From Candidatus Latescibacterota bacterium (GTDB taxonomy: Bacteria > Latescibacterota > UBA2968 > UBA8231): 64,000 nt of DNA. The translations under genes and the position numbers were made by a program. The notes beneath the pieces were generated by a model, which saw only the letters and a program-made list of their open reading frames with translations, was not told where the DNA came from and ran no database searches. Shown in pieces: positions 1 through 11,832 of this stretch; position 1 is the stretch's first letter; each line of letters begins with the position of its first letter. Where the stretch lies: positions 32,001 to 96,000 of the forward strand of contig OY730476.1 of assembly GCA_963422735.1 (NCBI GenBank). The letters run 5' to 3'.

Positions 1-66
1 TGTTGCCCGAGGTTATTACTCCAGAAATGGTCGTCGAAAAACTAGACGCGGCCGCCGCGCTCGCCA

Positions 67-906
67 GTGAGAACTGAGGCCGCCGTGTTCTCGGTTGTCA
101 TTCCCGTGTACAACCGCCGCGCGGTAGTCGGCCGGGCAATCCGTTCGGTACTGGCGCAGCAGGGGGCGGATTTTGAGGTGATCGTGGTTGACGACGCCTC
201 CGACGACGGTACATCCGAGCGGGTGCGCGAGGAATTTGGCAATACAGTCAAAATAGTGATCTTAAAAGAAAACAGTGGTGTCTCGGCCGCACGCAATCGC
301 GGGATCGCGGCGGCCGAGGGCGAGTGGATCGCCCTGCTCGACTCGGACGACGAGTGGCTGCCCAACAAACTCGCGCAACAAGCAGCAGCTCTGCGCGAGA
401 GTGGAATGTTGGTCTGCCACACCGACGAGATTTGGATCCGCAATGGCGTGCGGGTCAACCCCCACAAACACCACCAGAAATTCGGCGGCGACATTTTCTA
501 CAAAGCCTTGGCCTTGTGTGTTATGTCGCCTTCGTCGATTGCGATTCACCGCCGGGTCTTTGCGGACGTTGGCATGTTTGACGAATGCCTGCCAGCCTGC
601 GAGGACTACGAGCTTTGGCTGCGGATTAGCTGTCGCTATGAGGTGGTCTATTTGGCGGAGAAACTCATCCGCAAATACGGCGGTCACGCCGATCAACTAT
701 CGCAGGCTCACTATGCGATGGACCGCTTCCGGGTGTACGCGCTCGACAAGCTGCTGCGCGAGGAGCCACAACTCGCACCGGCGCGCGCCGCGGCCGCACG
801 CACCATGCTGTTGTGCAAGGCGCGGATTGTCGAGCGAGGCGCTGTTAAGCGCGGCAACGTGGAATTGCAGCAGCAGATGAGCGACTACTTGGTGCGTTGG
901 CAGTGA
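67..906 (+). CDS. Glycosyltransferase family 2 (GT-A fold)
   Basis: FSVVIPVYNR, VIVVDDASDD, GVSAARNRG, LLDSDD and EDYELWLR motifs. Confidence 0.9.
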   Translation: MRTEAAVFSVVIPVYNRRAVVGRAIRSVLAQQGADFEVIVVDDASDDGTSERVREEFGNTVKIVILKENSGVSAARNRGIAAAEGEWIALLDSDDEWLPNKLAQQAAALRESGMLVCHTDEIWIRNGVRVNPHKHHQKFGGDIFYKALALCVMSPSSIAIHRRVFADVGMFDECLPACEDYELWLRISCRYEVVYLAEKLIRKYGGHADQLSQAHYAMDRFRVYALDKLLREEPQLAPARAAAARTMLLCKARIVERGAVKRGNVELQQQMSDYLVRWQ

Positions 907-1042
907 TAGGTCGGGTGAAGCAGCTTGGGTGGTTATACCGATACAGCCTAAGATCCCTTAGCAAAAGGTGGGTTCTCTCCCGCTAAGAGTGCCTGTGTTC
1001 CCAAGGAAGTGTGCTTGCAGGTTTTGCTAGTGACTGAAAAAT

Positions 1043-1077
1043 AAAAACCCCCTAGTCCGCGGACTAGGGGGTTTTTT
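1043..1077. terminator. Bidirectional rho-independent terminator
   Basis: Palindrome AAAAACCCCCTAGTCC-GC-GGACTAGGGGGTTTTTT between convergent genes. Confidence 0.85.
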
Positions 1078-1096
1078 GATTGTTCTGCAGAGCCTG

Positions 1097-1549
1097 TTAT
1101 TCGTCGCGTTGCTTCTTGACTTCCCGCATGCTTATGGAGCGGAGTTGGTCAAGTCTTGGAAGGTGCTTGCTACGCGGTTTGGATGTGCCCGCTTCCCAGC
1201 GCAGAACGGTGTTGGTACTAACGTTGAGCAGTTCGCCGAGTTCGGCTTGGGAGAGCTTGAGGCGCTTGCGATGCTTCTTAATTGTATCCGGGGCGATCCG
1301 AATTTGTTTCTTCTTAGCACCTTCGGGTGTTTTGCGGGCTTTGGCCGTGGCCGGTTTGGTGGCGGCCGGTTTGGCGGCGGCCGGTTTGGCGGCGGCCTTT
1401 GCCTTTACTGGGCCGATTTTCTTTTCTAAGCGAGCGAGCGCATCGCGCTGTTCGCGCACTGTTTTCTTGAGCTCGCGCACTTGGTCTTGCACTTCTTTGC
1501 GAGCGATCTTGCCGATCTCTTCTTTCAAAAGAGTTGCGAGGTTAGGCAT
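1097..1549 (-). CDS. XRE-family HTH protein with N-terminal coiled coil and Ala/Lys/Pro-rich linker
   Basis: RKRLKLSQAELGELLNVSTNTVLRWEAG HTH; ATG at 1549 preceded by AAGG. Confidence 0.8.
   Translation of the reverse strand: MPNLATLLKEEIGKIARKEVQDQVRELKKTVREQRDALARLEKKIGPVKAKAAAKPAAAKPAATKPATAKARKTPEGAKKKQIRIAPDTIKKHRKRLKLSQAELGELLNVSTNTVLRWEAGTSKPRSKHLPRLDQLRSISMREVKKQRDE
1349..1393. repeat. 3 x 15-bp in-frame tandem repeat encoding AAAKP/AATKP
   Basis: GGCCGGTTTGGYGGC x3. Confidence 0.9.
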
Positions 1550-2087
1550 GAAAGATCCTTTCACCTTGAGTAAGTATATGCATAATACAAACCTAATTAA
1601 GAGAAAAATCTACTATTTAGCAAATGCGTTTGAAATGGTATTGCGCGTCTAGTGAAAAGGTAGCAAAAGAGAATGGAACAGACATTCGCGTCTGCTGTCC
1701 GTGAAATAGAGACGATGCCCTCGTGCTAGTTCAAACAAAGAACGATCGCAGGGGTGGTTGTTCTTACACCTAAATTGCTAGCGATTTTCTCGACGACATT
1801 TGACCCGATCAACTACGCAAAATTTGCGGAATTAGTGCGTTGGTTTGGCATGTCGTATAGGGAAATTTTGCTGTGGCAAAAGAGTCGTCGAGAAGCACGA
1901 ATCTATCTTATTTGCACTTTTATTTTCTGCGAATGCGCATGGGATAGGCAAGCGCGTTTTGCCCTATTTTATATAGAAACGACGCAAACGGGCGAGCGAT
2001 TGCATCGGCACTAGTGAGAAAGAATGGCGACTGTATGCGACAAGGTGCGTGCGTCAATACAGCTTTTGCCAAATGCTTTTTTGCGGA

Positions 2088-3542
2088 TTAGGCGTTGTAA
2101 GCCGTCGATGCTGTCGTTCCCCCGCGCCCGGTCCAGTTGATATGAAAAAAGATGCCGCGCGGCTTGTCGGTGCGCTCGTACGTGTGGGCACCAAAGTAGT
2201 CGCGCTGGGCTTGGAGCAGATTGGCGGGCAGGCGGGCGGAGCGATAGCCGTCGTAGTACGCGAGGGCACTGGCAAAGGTCGGCACGGGTATGCCAAGGGT
2301 CACAGCCGTGGCCACGACTCTGCGCCAAGACGCTTGGGTTTGCGCGAGTGCTTCGCTGAAGTAAGGCGCGAGTAAGAGATTGGCCAGCGTTGGATCCGCG
2401 TCAAAGGCTTCCTTGATGCGACCCAAAAACTGGGCGCGAATGATACAGCCACCGCGCCACAGCAGGGCGAGGCCTCCGTAGTTGAGGTTCCAGCCGTATT
2501 CGCGGGCGGCGAGGGCGAGCAGCTGATAGCCTTGGGCGTAGGAGCAAATTTTGGCCGCGTACAGTGCTCGGCGGATGTCTTCGACGAAAGCGTCTTTGTC
2601 CCCAGTAAACGAAGTGTCTGGGCCTCGGAGGACGCCGGCCGCAGCCACGCGCTCGTCCTTGAGGAAAGATAGGGCGCGGCTGAAGACCGCCTCGGTAATG
2701 GCGGTTACTGGAGCGCCCAATTGCAGGGCGTCGATACCGGTCCACTTGCCGGTGCCCTTTTGGCCAGCTGTGTCGAGTATTACATCGACCATCGGTTGGG
2801 CAGTCTCGTCGTCTGTCTTGGCGAGGATATCGCCGGTGATTTCGATGAGGTAGCTGTCGAGCTCGCCTTTGTTCCACTGCTTGAAAATTTTGCTCTGTGC
2901 CTGCGGCTCAATGCCGAGGGCCTCGCGCATCAGGGCGTATGCCTCGGCGATCATCTGCATGTCGCCGTACTCGATGCCGTTGTGGACCATTTTCACATAG
3001 TGGCCAGCGCCGTCGCGGCCCACCCAATCGCAACACGGGCTGCCATCTTCTACTTTGGCAGCAATGGCTTGGAAGAGGTCCTTGATGTGGGGCCAAGCAG
3101 CGGGGTTGCCGCCGGGCATGATGCTCGGGCCTTTGAGCGCGCCCTCCTCGCCACCGGAGACGCCAGTGCCCACATAGAGCAAGCCTTTGGCAGATAGCTC
3201 TTGGGTGCGGCGGACCGTGTCTTGATAGTTGGAGTTGCCGCCGTCGATGAGGATGTCGCCTTGGTCGAGTAGGGGCACGAGTTCGGCTATAACGCGGTCC
3301 ACAGCTTGGCCGGCTTGAACCATCAGCATCACGCGGCGCGGCTTTTTGAGTTGGGCAAGCAACTCGGCTGGCGAGTGGGTACCGATGATGGATTTGCCGC
3401 GGGCGCGACCGGCGATAAAGGTATCGACCTTGGTGGTTGTGCGGTTGTAAACGGCAACGGTGAAACCGTGGCTAGCCATGTTGAGGACGAGGTTTTCGCC
3501 CATCACGGCTAGACCGATTAGGCCGATGTCTGCTCGGCTCAT
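2088..3542 (-). CDS. gnd: 6-phosphogluconate dehydrogenase, decarboxylating (NADP+)
   Basis: [35 protein letters not shown] and [12 protein letters not shown]. Confidence 0.97.
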   Translation of the reverse strand: MSRADIGLIGLAVMGENLVLNMASHGFTVAVYNRTTTKVDTFIAGRARGKSIIGTHSPAELLAQLKKPRRVMLMVQAGQAVDRVIAELVPLLDQGDILIDGGNSNYQDTVRRTQELSAKGLLYVGTGVSGGEEGALKGPSIMPGGNPAAWPHIKDLFQAIAAKVEDGSPCCDWVGRDGAGHYVKMVHNGIEYGDMQMIAEAYALMREALGIEPQAQSKIFKQWNKGELDSYLIEITGDILAKTDDETAQPMVDVILDTAGQKGTGKWTGIDALQLGAPVTAITEAVFSRALSFLKDERVAAAGVLRGPDTSFTGDKDAFVEDIRRALYAAKICSYAQGYQLLALAAREYGWNLNYGGLALLWRGGCIIRAQFLGRIKEAFDADPTLANLLLAPYFSEALAQTQASWRRVVATAVTLGIPVPTFASALAYYDGYRSARLPANLLQAQRDYFGAHTYERTDKPRGIFFHINWTGRGGTTASTAYNA

Positions 3543-5233
3543 TGGACTTCTCCTGTGGGGTCGTTGTTCGGGTCTAGGGCGCGGCGCAATTGGGCAATAC
3601 CCTCGGCGATGTCTGCGCCTAGATGGATGCGGAGCACGGCCCGCCCTTGATTGACGAGGGCTTGGCGGTCGCCGAGGGCTTGGGCTTGGGCGAGGACGCC
3701 GAAGGTGATGCTAGAGGCTACGGCCCCGGCTTCGTCGGGAATCGGCGCGTCCTCGGCTGAGTCGGCCGTTAGCTGAATAAAAAGCCCGTGCCCGGCGTCG
3801 CCCTTGTGCAGCTGCCCGGTTGAGTGCAGGAAGCGCGGCCCAAAGCCGAGGGTCGTGGCTAGGCCGGTGTGTGCTAGTAGCTGGCGGCGCAGGTCCTGTA
3901 GGGCACTGGTGGTCTCCGGGGTCGGCGGGAGGTGGGCTTGCAGGGCAATGTACGTGCGCCCTCGCTCGCTGCTTGCCAGAAAGCGCACTAGGGCCTGTGA
4001 CAGGGTGGTGCCTTGCACCGGCCCGTATAGCGCGAGGCCATCGACGAGGTCGGGTGCCGGTGCGGGTAGCGCGCCGCGTTGTTGATAGGCGGCCACCATC
4101 TGGCGGGCTAGTTCCTTGGCTGCCTCGACATCGGGCTGGTCGAAGGGATGGATGCTGAGGAAGAATCCGGCTATGGTCGTGGCAATTTCCCAGTGAAAGA
4201 AGGCCGCGCTGAGATCGTAGGCGTCCGCTAGTTGGAGGCACAAGAGCGGATGCCCGGCTGCGGCAATAGCGTGGGTGCGGGCGTCGGCTGTGTCGTCCAA
4301 CCGCAGATGGACGAAGATCCGGTCGGCCCCGTAGGCATGGGCTGCACATTCAGGCTCTAGATCGACCGGCAGCAGGCCCTTGCCGTCTTTGCCCGTGCTC
4401 TCGGCGATGAGTTGCTCGATCCAAGCGCCAACTGCGCTGATGGCTGGCGAAGCAATGAGCGTTAGCTTGTCGCGGCCAGCGAGGGCACCTGCGCCGAGAA
4501 AGGCACCGAGTTGGATGCCCGGTTGCGGATCGGCAGTGGCTCGCGCAGCCCGGTCGAGCAGGCGGTCGATATCCGCGCCAATGGCACCGGCTGCGACCAA
4601 GCCATAGTGCGACAGGGCCGAGTAGCGCCCGCCGATGTTGGGATCGTTGCGGAAGATGTGGCGAAAGCCGAGGCGTTGCGCGAGGGCTTCGAGGCCGCTA
4701 CCCGGGTCGGTGATGGCGGCGAAGTGCCGTCCAGCCTCCTCTGGGCCGAGGGCGTTAGCTGTGCAGTTGTAAAAGTACTTGAGCAAGGATAGCGTCTCTA
4801 CTGTGCCGCCGGACTTGGTGGCCGGGAGAAATAGGGTGCGGGCGGGGTCGAGGGCACGCGCCTTGGCCAAGACGGCTTCGGGCTGGGTGCTGTCGAGCAC
4901 TGAGAAGTCGAGAAATCCATCGGCCACGCCAAAGATCGCGCGGAAGACTTCCGGCGCGAGGCTAGAGCCGCCCATGCCCAACAGCAGGGCGTGGGTGTAG
5001 CCATCGGCGCGGACCGCGTCGATGAATTGGCCAATGGGACCGATGGCGTCCCGCATGACATGCGGGTTGTCGAGCCATCCGAGCCGATTGGCAATCTCGG
5101 TTGGATCGGGCCGCCAGACCGTGTGATCGCGTGCGAGGATGCGCTCGTAGATGCGCTCGGCCGCTAGGTGCTCGGCCGCCTGCTGCACCTGTGTGCTAAA
5201 ATTGGCCGAGGCCCAAAGGGCGGAAACCTGCAT
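3539..5233 (-). CDS. pgi: Glucose-6-phosphate isomerase (type found in Tal-Pgi fusions)
   Basis: [45 protein letters not shown] and [14 protein letters not shown]; overlaps the gnd start. Confidence 0.9.
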   Translation of the reverse strand: MQVSALWASANFSTQVQQAAEHLAAERIYERILARDHTVWRPDPTEIANRLGWLDNPHVMRDAIGPIGQFIDAVRADGYTHALLLGMGGSSLAPEVFRAIFGVADGFLDFSVLDSTQPEAVLAKARALDPARTLFLPATKSGGTVETLSLLKYFYNCTANALGPEEAGRHFAAITDPGSGLEALAQRLGFRHIFRNDPNIGGRYSALSHYGLVAAGAIGADIDRLLDRAARATADPQPGIQLGAFLGAGALAGRDKLTLIASPAISAVGAWIEQLIAESTGKDGKGLLPVDLEPECAAHAYGADRIFVHLRLDDTADARTHAIAAAGHPLLCLQLADAYDLSAAFFHWEIATTIAGFFLSIHPFDQPDVEAAKELARQMVAAYQQRGALPAPAPDLVDGLALYGPVQGTTLSQALVRFLASSERGRTYIALQAHLPPTPETTSALQDLRRQLLAHTGLATTLGFGPRFLHSTGQLHKGDAGHGLFIQLTADSAEDAPIPDEAGAVASSITFGVLAQAQALGDRQALVNQGRAVLRIHLGADIAEGIAQLRRALDPNNDPTGEVQ

Positions 5234-5247
5234 TGGAGGTCCTAAGA

Positions 5248-5334
5248 GTTAGTGGTTAGTGGACAGCGGACAGTGAATAGTGCCCCGTCGCCCCTAGCAT
5301 GGGGAGCAGACGGGAACTAACCACTAACCACTAA
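5248..5334. repeat. Heptamer-repeat inverted element in the pgi leader
   Basis: GTTAGTGGTTAGTGGACAGCGGACAGTGAATAGTG, then an inner CCCGTC/GACGGG hairpin, then ACTAACCACTAACCACTAA. Confidence 0.8.
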
Positions 5335-5379
5335 GAATGTTAAGACAGCTTCTTAGGAAGCGGCCGGGGTGAGGTGATG

Positions 5380-5600
5380 GTTAGCCGGGTAGCTTGTTTA
5401 GGATGTTTAACAGCAAGCTGCCGATGGCTATCTGGATGCCGATAATCCACCGGGTCAACGTGTCGATGCGGCGGCCCAGCTCGCCCAACCGCTCGCTCAA
5501 TGCCGTCTAAGCGGCGGTCTAACTGCTCGGCAATCCCTTCTAAGCGTCCTATGCGCCGGCCGTGGTCTTGGGCTTGCGCGATGGGTTCGGCCCTGGTCTT
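5380..5600 (-). pseudogene. Frameshifted small coiled-coil plus transmembrane protein remnant
   Basis: RIGRLEGIAEQLDRRLD and LSERLGELGRRIDTLTRWIIGIQIAIGSLLL lie in different frames. Confidence 0.4.
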
Positions 5601-6359
5601 TTGTCTCCTCTTTTATGGTCAGGCCGGGGCTTCACCACCCAAAGGTGTCTCGATGATTTGTCCGATGCGTTGGGAGTGGTTGAAGAACCAATGGCGCTAG
5701 TAGATTGACCGTTGTACCACCTTTTGCGGCGTAGGAGCGTCCCCGGACCACGTCCGAGTTTATAATAGCCTTGTTCTATCGAATCGACAATTCCACTAGG
5801 ACCATTAGTATAGTTATGATGCTGATTAAGTTATTCGGCATAATCCACCACGCAAGGCAGTGGTACGATTTGGATTTTTACGCTAGTCCTAGACGCCGCG
5901 TAGGGCGTCGGTGTCGCTGCGGGCGACAATCCTATCGAGAGCGTAGTGCCGATCCGTCCCCCACTTCCCAGTGACCCACTAGGCGTTTTTCAAACTATAC
6001 CACTACCCGACGCGGAATAAGGTTGACTTTCAGCCATATAGCCCTGCTTTACCGGGCACTGAAAACCTCGTAGAATCGTCCGATTTTCCCGATGTTCGCG
6101 TTTAACCCAACAGCTTCTAGTCAGTTGATGAAAGAGATCACTATGCTCGTACAATTCAAAAAAAAGCTGTGGGATTGGTGGGCCATGTAGAACGCTTTTC
6201 TGGCCAAAATAGAGATCAATACGGCCTTTCAACGCGACGCATATCGCCTCCTTGTCTTTTTTCACGGCTATAGTTTAGCCCACACCATCCGCCCCCTCGT
6301 GATAGCACGGACGTTGCGCTAGCGCGGGGCGTGTACGACGCCCCGATGGAGCAGACCAG

Positions 6360-6560
6360 ATGGTGTCCGAGGACGAATTCATCCGCCGTCTCTACCCCCT
6401 GAACGCCATTGCTTCCCGACCGGCCCTCCGCGCCCTACTCGCCGAGGCGCGTCAGCAGGGCATACCGCACGTGCAGAAGGGACGGCTGATGTGATACAAC
6501 AAGCGGACCGCGTAGAACTGGCTCTACGACCACGAGCCGCGCTTCTTCGAGCTGGATGTC
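6360..6560 (+). pseudogene. Excisionase/HTH-like remnant with in-frame stops
   Basis: Reads ...QGIPHVQKGRLM*YNKRTA*NWLYD... Confidence 0.35.
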
Positions 6561-6815
6561 ATGTCGCAATCGGCGCGAGTATCAACATTGGTACGCCGAT
6601 TGCGATAATGCTTACAGAAACAACAAACCATATTCTCCACAGGGACAGAAAGGAGGGAATGCTTATGAAGCACATCGTCTTAACTGGCTTGGGGCTTGAG
6701 GCCCTAGTAGCCCGTGCTTCACCTTGGAGGGTGCCTCCGATAAAACTCACCCTACCTAAGTAAAGGATCTCGTCATAAAAAAATCATCATCCAAAGGGCC
6801 ATTGGCCTCACCACT

Positions 6816-7244
6816 TTGGTCACCAGTTTCCTGCCGCAGCAAGCCGAGGCTTGCGACTACCTCCACGGCTTAGAGATGATCAAGGTCGAGGCCGGGCCCG
6901 AGTTGCTACAGGCCGTTGAGACCATCTCCGTCGAGTCAAGTATTCCCATTACTCCCGAACAAGAAGCCGACTTGCGCGGGTGGCTCTACGACTTCTTAGT
7001 CGCTTTTTCTGTCTCCGGCAGTGACAGCCTCGCCGCTGAGTTTTATCTACGCGAAGGCGTCAATGACCCTGAAGCGATACAGCGGATGAAAGACGACTTC
7101 ATCAACCAAGCCCGCGCCTATCGCGGGCAGATCATCGCTTTTTTAGCAGACCGCGATGCGTTTGGTGCCCGTGAGTGGTTCAACGACGACGATGGCTGGT
7201 GCGCCGACTTGCGCGACTTGCCGAGGTTTCACGAGCGCGGCTAG
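6816..7244 (+). pseudogene. Hypothetical secreted-protein fragment
   Basis: Protein-like ORF without a clear start, preceded by a signal-peptide-like stretch (KKIIIQRAIGLTTL), in a patch of remnants. Confidence 0.3.
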
Positions 7245-8020
7245 GCTGTCGCCGACAGCTTGCGCCATGCCCTACCCGCCCTCACGGCCTCGTGCTGTAT
7301 GCGATGGTGCTCTTTGCATACTACGACGCTATATGAGTACCCCTAAGTACACGAACCTCCTTTGGGTACGCGTCTTTTCGAGTGTCCCTAAGAGGGTGGG
7401 CAAGACGTCCGCGCCCCCGGCTGAGTTTCCAGTGTCGTGTAGTAAATGAGCCCCCACCAGAAAGAAACCTCCTCCTGCGCTTCGGCTTGGCCCTCGTACT
7501 GACGGTGGGGCTAATGGTGCTCAACGCCCTCGGCTTTGTCGGCGGCTCCTACGAGTTCCGGCGCGATTACTATCTCCAGCAAGTCCAAGCCGAGCAGGAA
7601 GTGGGGCGCAGCAACGAACGCCCAACGGGGCCTGTGGAAGCTGATTCTCCATTCAGGGCAAAACTATATCTATAAAAAACCCAGCCCCCTCATGTTCTGC
7701 GCCACCGCTGCCAGAGACGCTCTGCCTGAGCGTCTCTGGACACCGAGTTGGGAAAGCACCTACACCACCACCAAATTCTACGCTCCCTTTGTACTGATCT
7801 ATTGGGACATCATAGACATCTGGGCACCCAAGGTCAGCCAACTGCTAGAGACCCAAGCCATCGACTGGGTCTTTATCATCGGCCTGTGCTTTTTTGCCAT
7901 ACTCGCCTACATGTTGGCCTATCGCTCGTGGCTGCGAACCAGTATTGTCTAGAAAGCTGCTTTCGCCGGAATGGCATAAGCAGGGAAAGCAAACGACGCA
8001 ATTCAGCTAAGAGGGACTCT

Positions 8021-8233
8021 ATGCAGGCGACACTCTACACAGACGACGGGGCGTATTTTGTCCGCTTGGGCAATGGTTTGGTGCTCAGGTGGTGCCGGGC
8101 GGAAGATGAGTGGGACAAGAGCCGGGCCGAGTTGCCGAGCGGAGCTAGGCAGATCGACTTCGCGGCCCTGCCAGAAGCTCTGCGCGAGGAGGTGCTGGCG
8201 GTTTTGGCGCGCGCCGCGGCTGTGTCGCGCTAA
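8021..8233 (+). CDS. Small hypothetical protein (70 aa)
   Basis: ATG with GAGGGA RBS; MQATLYTDDGAYFVRLGNG... Confidence 0.55.
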   Translation: MQATLYTDDGAYFVRLGNGLVLRWCRAEDEWDKSRAELPSGARQIDFAALPEALREEVLAVLARAAAVSR

Positions 8234-11200
8234 CCACTGTTTTCTACGATTTGGGCGACGAGGTCGTCGAGGCGGGTGCGAGTCGCCGCTAGATCCGCTC
8301 GTGTGAAGCGCGTAAGGTGTGCCTCGTCTAAGTCGGCGAAGTACAGCGTCGTGCGGTATTCGTCTTGGTCCGGGTGGAGAGCCTGCAAGCAGAGGGCGTA
8401 GATTCCCAACTGAAGTCGGTAGTGCTGTACGGCCTCTGCTGTATTTGCGTGGTGGCCGGTCTTGTAATCGACTAATTCCCACAGTCCGTCGGCACCGCGT
8501 CCCATGTAATCTACCACTCCATGTACTAAACCGCGCTCTAGCGAGAGCGTAAAGCGCACTTCGGTACGGGCCTCCGCATGGGCGAGCCAGCGCGCGGCTA
8601 AGGGCGATTGGTGGCAGCGGCGCAACAGGGTAGCCAGCTCGCGCTCGAACGAGGCGCGATAGGAGGCTACGGGCAAAGTGGCGGCTGCGACGAGGTCGGC
8701 TGCGAGGGCTGCGGGGTCGGCATCTGGGCTGTTGCTCAGGGCCTCTAGGCCGGCGTGGGCGAGCTTACCAAAGAGTATGCTGCGGCGGCGGGGCGCATCT
8801 GCTTGGCCGAGGGGCCACGGCGGCAGGCCCAACACGTACTGGCGATGGTGCGCGGCCGGATCTGCGGCGAAGAGGACCAACTCGCTGACTGCAAGTTCGG
8901 GCCGGGCCTGTGGATCGTCGAGCGGCGATAGCAGATCCAATACCGGTTCTGCTGCTTGCGCGGGCGCGACGTCGAGGGCGAGAAAGGCCGGCTCGGCCCT
9001 GCGATCGGTGGTCGCGGAGGCCGGGAACGCACTGGGGTCAGTGTAGATGGGTAACGGGGACGGTACGCCTGCAACCGCCTTGGCACCTCGGGCGAGGTCG
9101 GCCTCTGTCAGGGCCAAGCTTCCACAAATCCAACTGAGACAGTCCGCAGCCGCGTCAAGGTCGGCGGCAAAGTGCTTGTCGGTCAGCGCACCGCCGAGCA
9201 GCAGGTGATCTCGGGCGCGGGTACAAGCCACGTACAACAGGCGCTTCTCTTCGGCGTGCTGGCGACGGCTCGCATTGCGATTGATGAGGCTGCGTATAAA
9301 GGAGGAGGTCTTTTTATAGCCCTGCTCGGGGTCGAGTGTGCGCAAGCCTATACCCTTTTCCGCGTCGATGAGTACGGGAGCACTGTTTTGCAAATTGAAT
9401 CTCGCGGCCAAGTCGGGCACTACGACGATGGGAAACTCCAAGCCTTTGGCCGCATGTACAGTCAGGATGTTTAAGGCGTCCGCGTCGAGGCGGGCTTCGC
9501 CCTCTTGTTGTTCTTCATTCGTCAACAAGTCGAGGCGGGCTGCGAAATCAGCGAGAGGGCCGCGGAATTCGCGGGCGAGGTCGAGGAGTTTATGCACGTT
9601 AGCTATGGCCTGCTCCCCGCGCTCGCCATAGCAGAGAAAGCCCCAAGCCCCAGTGTCTTCGAGGATGGTGTGCAGCAGCCTAACGAGGGGTACGCGGTCG
9701 CGCAGCTCTCTCCAGCACTGGAGCCGAGCGACCGCGTCCGCAGCGGCCTCTTGGTCCGCAGGGGCGAGCCGCTGCTGCCGACTAGCGTCGAAGAGGTGCT
9801 CTGCGAGCCGCCCGCCGTGGGGCGCGGCCAGCGCGTACAAGGCGTTGTCCGACAGGCCGAAGTACGGCGAGCGCAACGCGCCCATCAAGGCGATGTCGTC
9901 GCCGGAATTACACAGGGCGCGGAGGATATTGGCTAGGTCGTAGATTTCTTGGCGCTGGTAAAAGCCCCGGCCGCCGACCACTTGGAAGGGAATGCCACCG
10001 GCCCGCAGCGCGTCTTCGTACGCGAAGAGATTGCGGCGACGGCGCAGAAGCAAGGCAATGTCTCCGGGAACGGGCGGACGCAAGCCCTCTTCTTCGGTGA
10101 CCTGCAAGTCGCTGCCCGCCAGCAGGTGGCTCAGGCGGCGAGCCACGAACTCGGCTTCGCGCAGCGCGGCCTCTATCGCGTCGCGGCTGTCGTCCGGCGG
10201 CAAGAGCAAAAGCTCAACCGAACCCTCACTCACACTGGTAGAGCGGCACCCGACGAGCGGGTCGTAACCGACTTGGAAAGGCTCGTCCGGGACCGCCTGC
10301 ATAAACTTGGGAAAGAGCGCGTTGACAAAGGCAATGGGCTGGGCGAGGGTGCGGAAATTTTCGCCCATGACGAGCGCACCGAGCCGCTCTGTGGGGGAGG
10401 CGTCGAGGAGCTCGCCGTCGTCGCAAAAGGGGCGGGAGTCGCGCTTGTGCGCGGCATTGGCCTCGGCGATGGCGTCGCGAACGCGGGCGAAGACCGTGAC
10501 GTCGGCTGCGCGGAACGAGTAAATCGACTGCTTGGGATCGCCGACGATGAAGAGTTTGTCGCCGGCCATTTGCCCATCCGGCGACGCCAGCGAGCGGATG
10601 ATTTCCCACTGCAAGGGATCGGTGTCTTGGAATTCGTCGATCAGCGCGAAGCGATAGTGCTGGGCCAAGCGTTGGCGGATGTCTGCGTTGGCGGCGATGA
10701 GCTGATGGCTTTTCTCTAGAAGGTCGTCCATGTCCAGCATATTGCCGTTGCCTTTGCTGCTCTCACAGCGCGCATCGGCTCGGAGAAAGACGCGCGACAG
10801 GGCGGGCAGTACTGCGGCGGCGCGCTCGTCGGCCGCCCCGAGTTCGAGGCCGAGGCGATCGGCATGCGGGGCTAGGCAGCGCCCCAAGGCGGGCACGAGT
10901 TCGCGGACGCGAGCGAGCGCGGCTTCCTCCCAATTGGATTTCTTGCCCAGCCGGTTGCCGCTTAGAGGTTTGCCATTGGTCAAAAGTCCCTTGGCTAGGC
11001 GTGAGAGGATTTCTATAGCCTCGTCGGGCGGGGGCGTTTGGCTCAGCCGGCGCATGAAGTCGCAGAGGGGGTTTAGCCGCTCGACGGCCGAGTCTCTCGC
11101 GTCGGTTAAGGGTGCGAGCTCGGCAAGCTCGGCGAGCATTTCGGTGAAGTGGGCATCCGCGAGCAGGGCGCGGTACGCGGGGGCACCGGCCGTTTGCTGC

Positions 11201-11832
11201 GTCCTGCGCCAGTCGCTGAGGATTGGGTCGGGCGACTGCTCGGCGTAGCGGCGGCACCACGAGCGGGCGAGATGCTTTTTCTCGAGTAGGTATTCCAAGA
11301 TCTGTTCGAGATAGCGGCGCGGCCATTCGGCTAAGGTGCGCTGCAAAGCCCCTTTGTCCGGGTCGGAGTCGCGCAATCGGGCTAGGGACTCTAGAGTTTG
11401 GCGCACGGCTTGGTGCCGAAGCTGCACGGCATCTACTTCTTCCAAGACCGCAAAGGCCGGGTCCACATCCGCTTCAATGGGATACTCGCGCAACAGGGCT
11501 GTGCAGAAGGCGTGGATGGTGGAAATGCGCGCCGCGGGCAGGTCTGCGCGGATTTGCCGCAGGCGCTGCCGCTCTGGTTCGGGCAGATCCTGATCGAGGG
11601 CGTTGGACAGCCGCCGGGCGATGCGCTCGCGCATTTCCGCCGCGGCCTTTTGGGTAAACGTGATGGCCAGCACTTGGCGCACGCCGATTTCGGGATGCAG
11701 GCGCAACAGCTCGATGTAGCGCTCGACTAGCGTTGCGGTCTTGCCCGCGCCGGCGCTGGCGGTGACCGCGATATTGCGCTGGCTGTCGAGGGCCATGCGC
11801 TGGACTTCAGTTAGGGGGACGGTGCGCTTCAC
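8230..11832 (-). CDS. addA: AddA-like UvrD helicase-nuclease
   Basis: ASAGAGKT, IDEFQDT, VGDPKQSIYSFR, TVHAAKGLEF, LLYVACTRA and C-terminal VDYKTG nuclease. Confidence 0.9.
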   Translation of the reverse strand: MKRTVPLTEVQRMALDSQRNIAVTASAGAGKTATLVERYIELLRLHPEIGVRQVLAITFTQKAAAEMRERIARRLSNALDQDLPEPERQRLRQIRADLPAARISTIHAFCTALLREYPIEADVDPAFAVLEEVDAVQLRHQAVRQTLESLARLRDSDPDKGALQRTLAEWPRRYLEQILEYLLEKKHLARSWCRRYAEQSPDPILSDWRRTQQTAGAPAYRALLADAHFTEMLAELAELAPLTDARDSAVERLNPLCDFMRRLSQTPPPDEAIEILSRLAKGLLTNGKPLSGNRLGKKSNWEEAALARVRELVPALGRCLAPHADRLGLELGAADERAAAVLPALSRVFLRADARCESSKGNGNMLDMDDLLEKSHQLIAANADIRQRLAQHYRFALIDEFQDTDPLQWEIIRSLASPDGQMAGDKLFIVGDPKQSIYSFRAADVTVFARVRDAIAEANAAHKRDSRPFCDDGELLDASPTERLGALVMGENFRTLAQPIAFVNALFPKFMQAVPDEPFQVGYDPLVGCRSTSVSEGSVELLLLPPDDSRDAIEAALREAEFVARRLSHLLAGSDLQVTEEEGLRPPVPGDIALLLRRRRNLFAYEDALRAGGIPFQVVGGRGFYQRQEIYDLANILRALCNSGDDIALMGALRSPYFGLSDNALYALAAPHGGRLAEHLFDASRQQRLAPADQEAAADAVARLQCWRELRDRVPLVRLLHTILEDTGAWGFLCYGERGEQAIANVHKLLDLAREFRGPLADFAARLDLLTNEEQQEGEARLDADALNILTVHAAKGLEFPIVVVPDLAARFNLQNSAPVLIDAEKGIGLRTLDPEQGYKKTSSFIRSLINRNASRRQHAEEKRLLYVACTRARDHLLLGGALTDKHFAADLDAAADCLSWICGSLALTEADLARGAKAVAGVPSPLPIYTDPSAFPASATTDRRAEPAFLALDVAPAQAAEPVLDLLSPLDDPQARPELAVSELVLFAADPAAHHRQYVLGLPPWPLGQADAPRRRSILFGKLAHAGLEALSNSPDADPAALAADLVAAATLPVASYRASFERELATLLRRCHQSPLAARWLAHAEARTEVRFTLSLERGLVHGVVDYMGRGADGLWELVDYKTGHHANTAEAVQHYRLQLGIYALCLQALHPDQDEYRTTLYFADLDEAHLTRFTRADLAATRTRLDDLVAQIVENSG

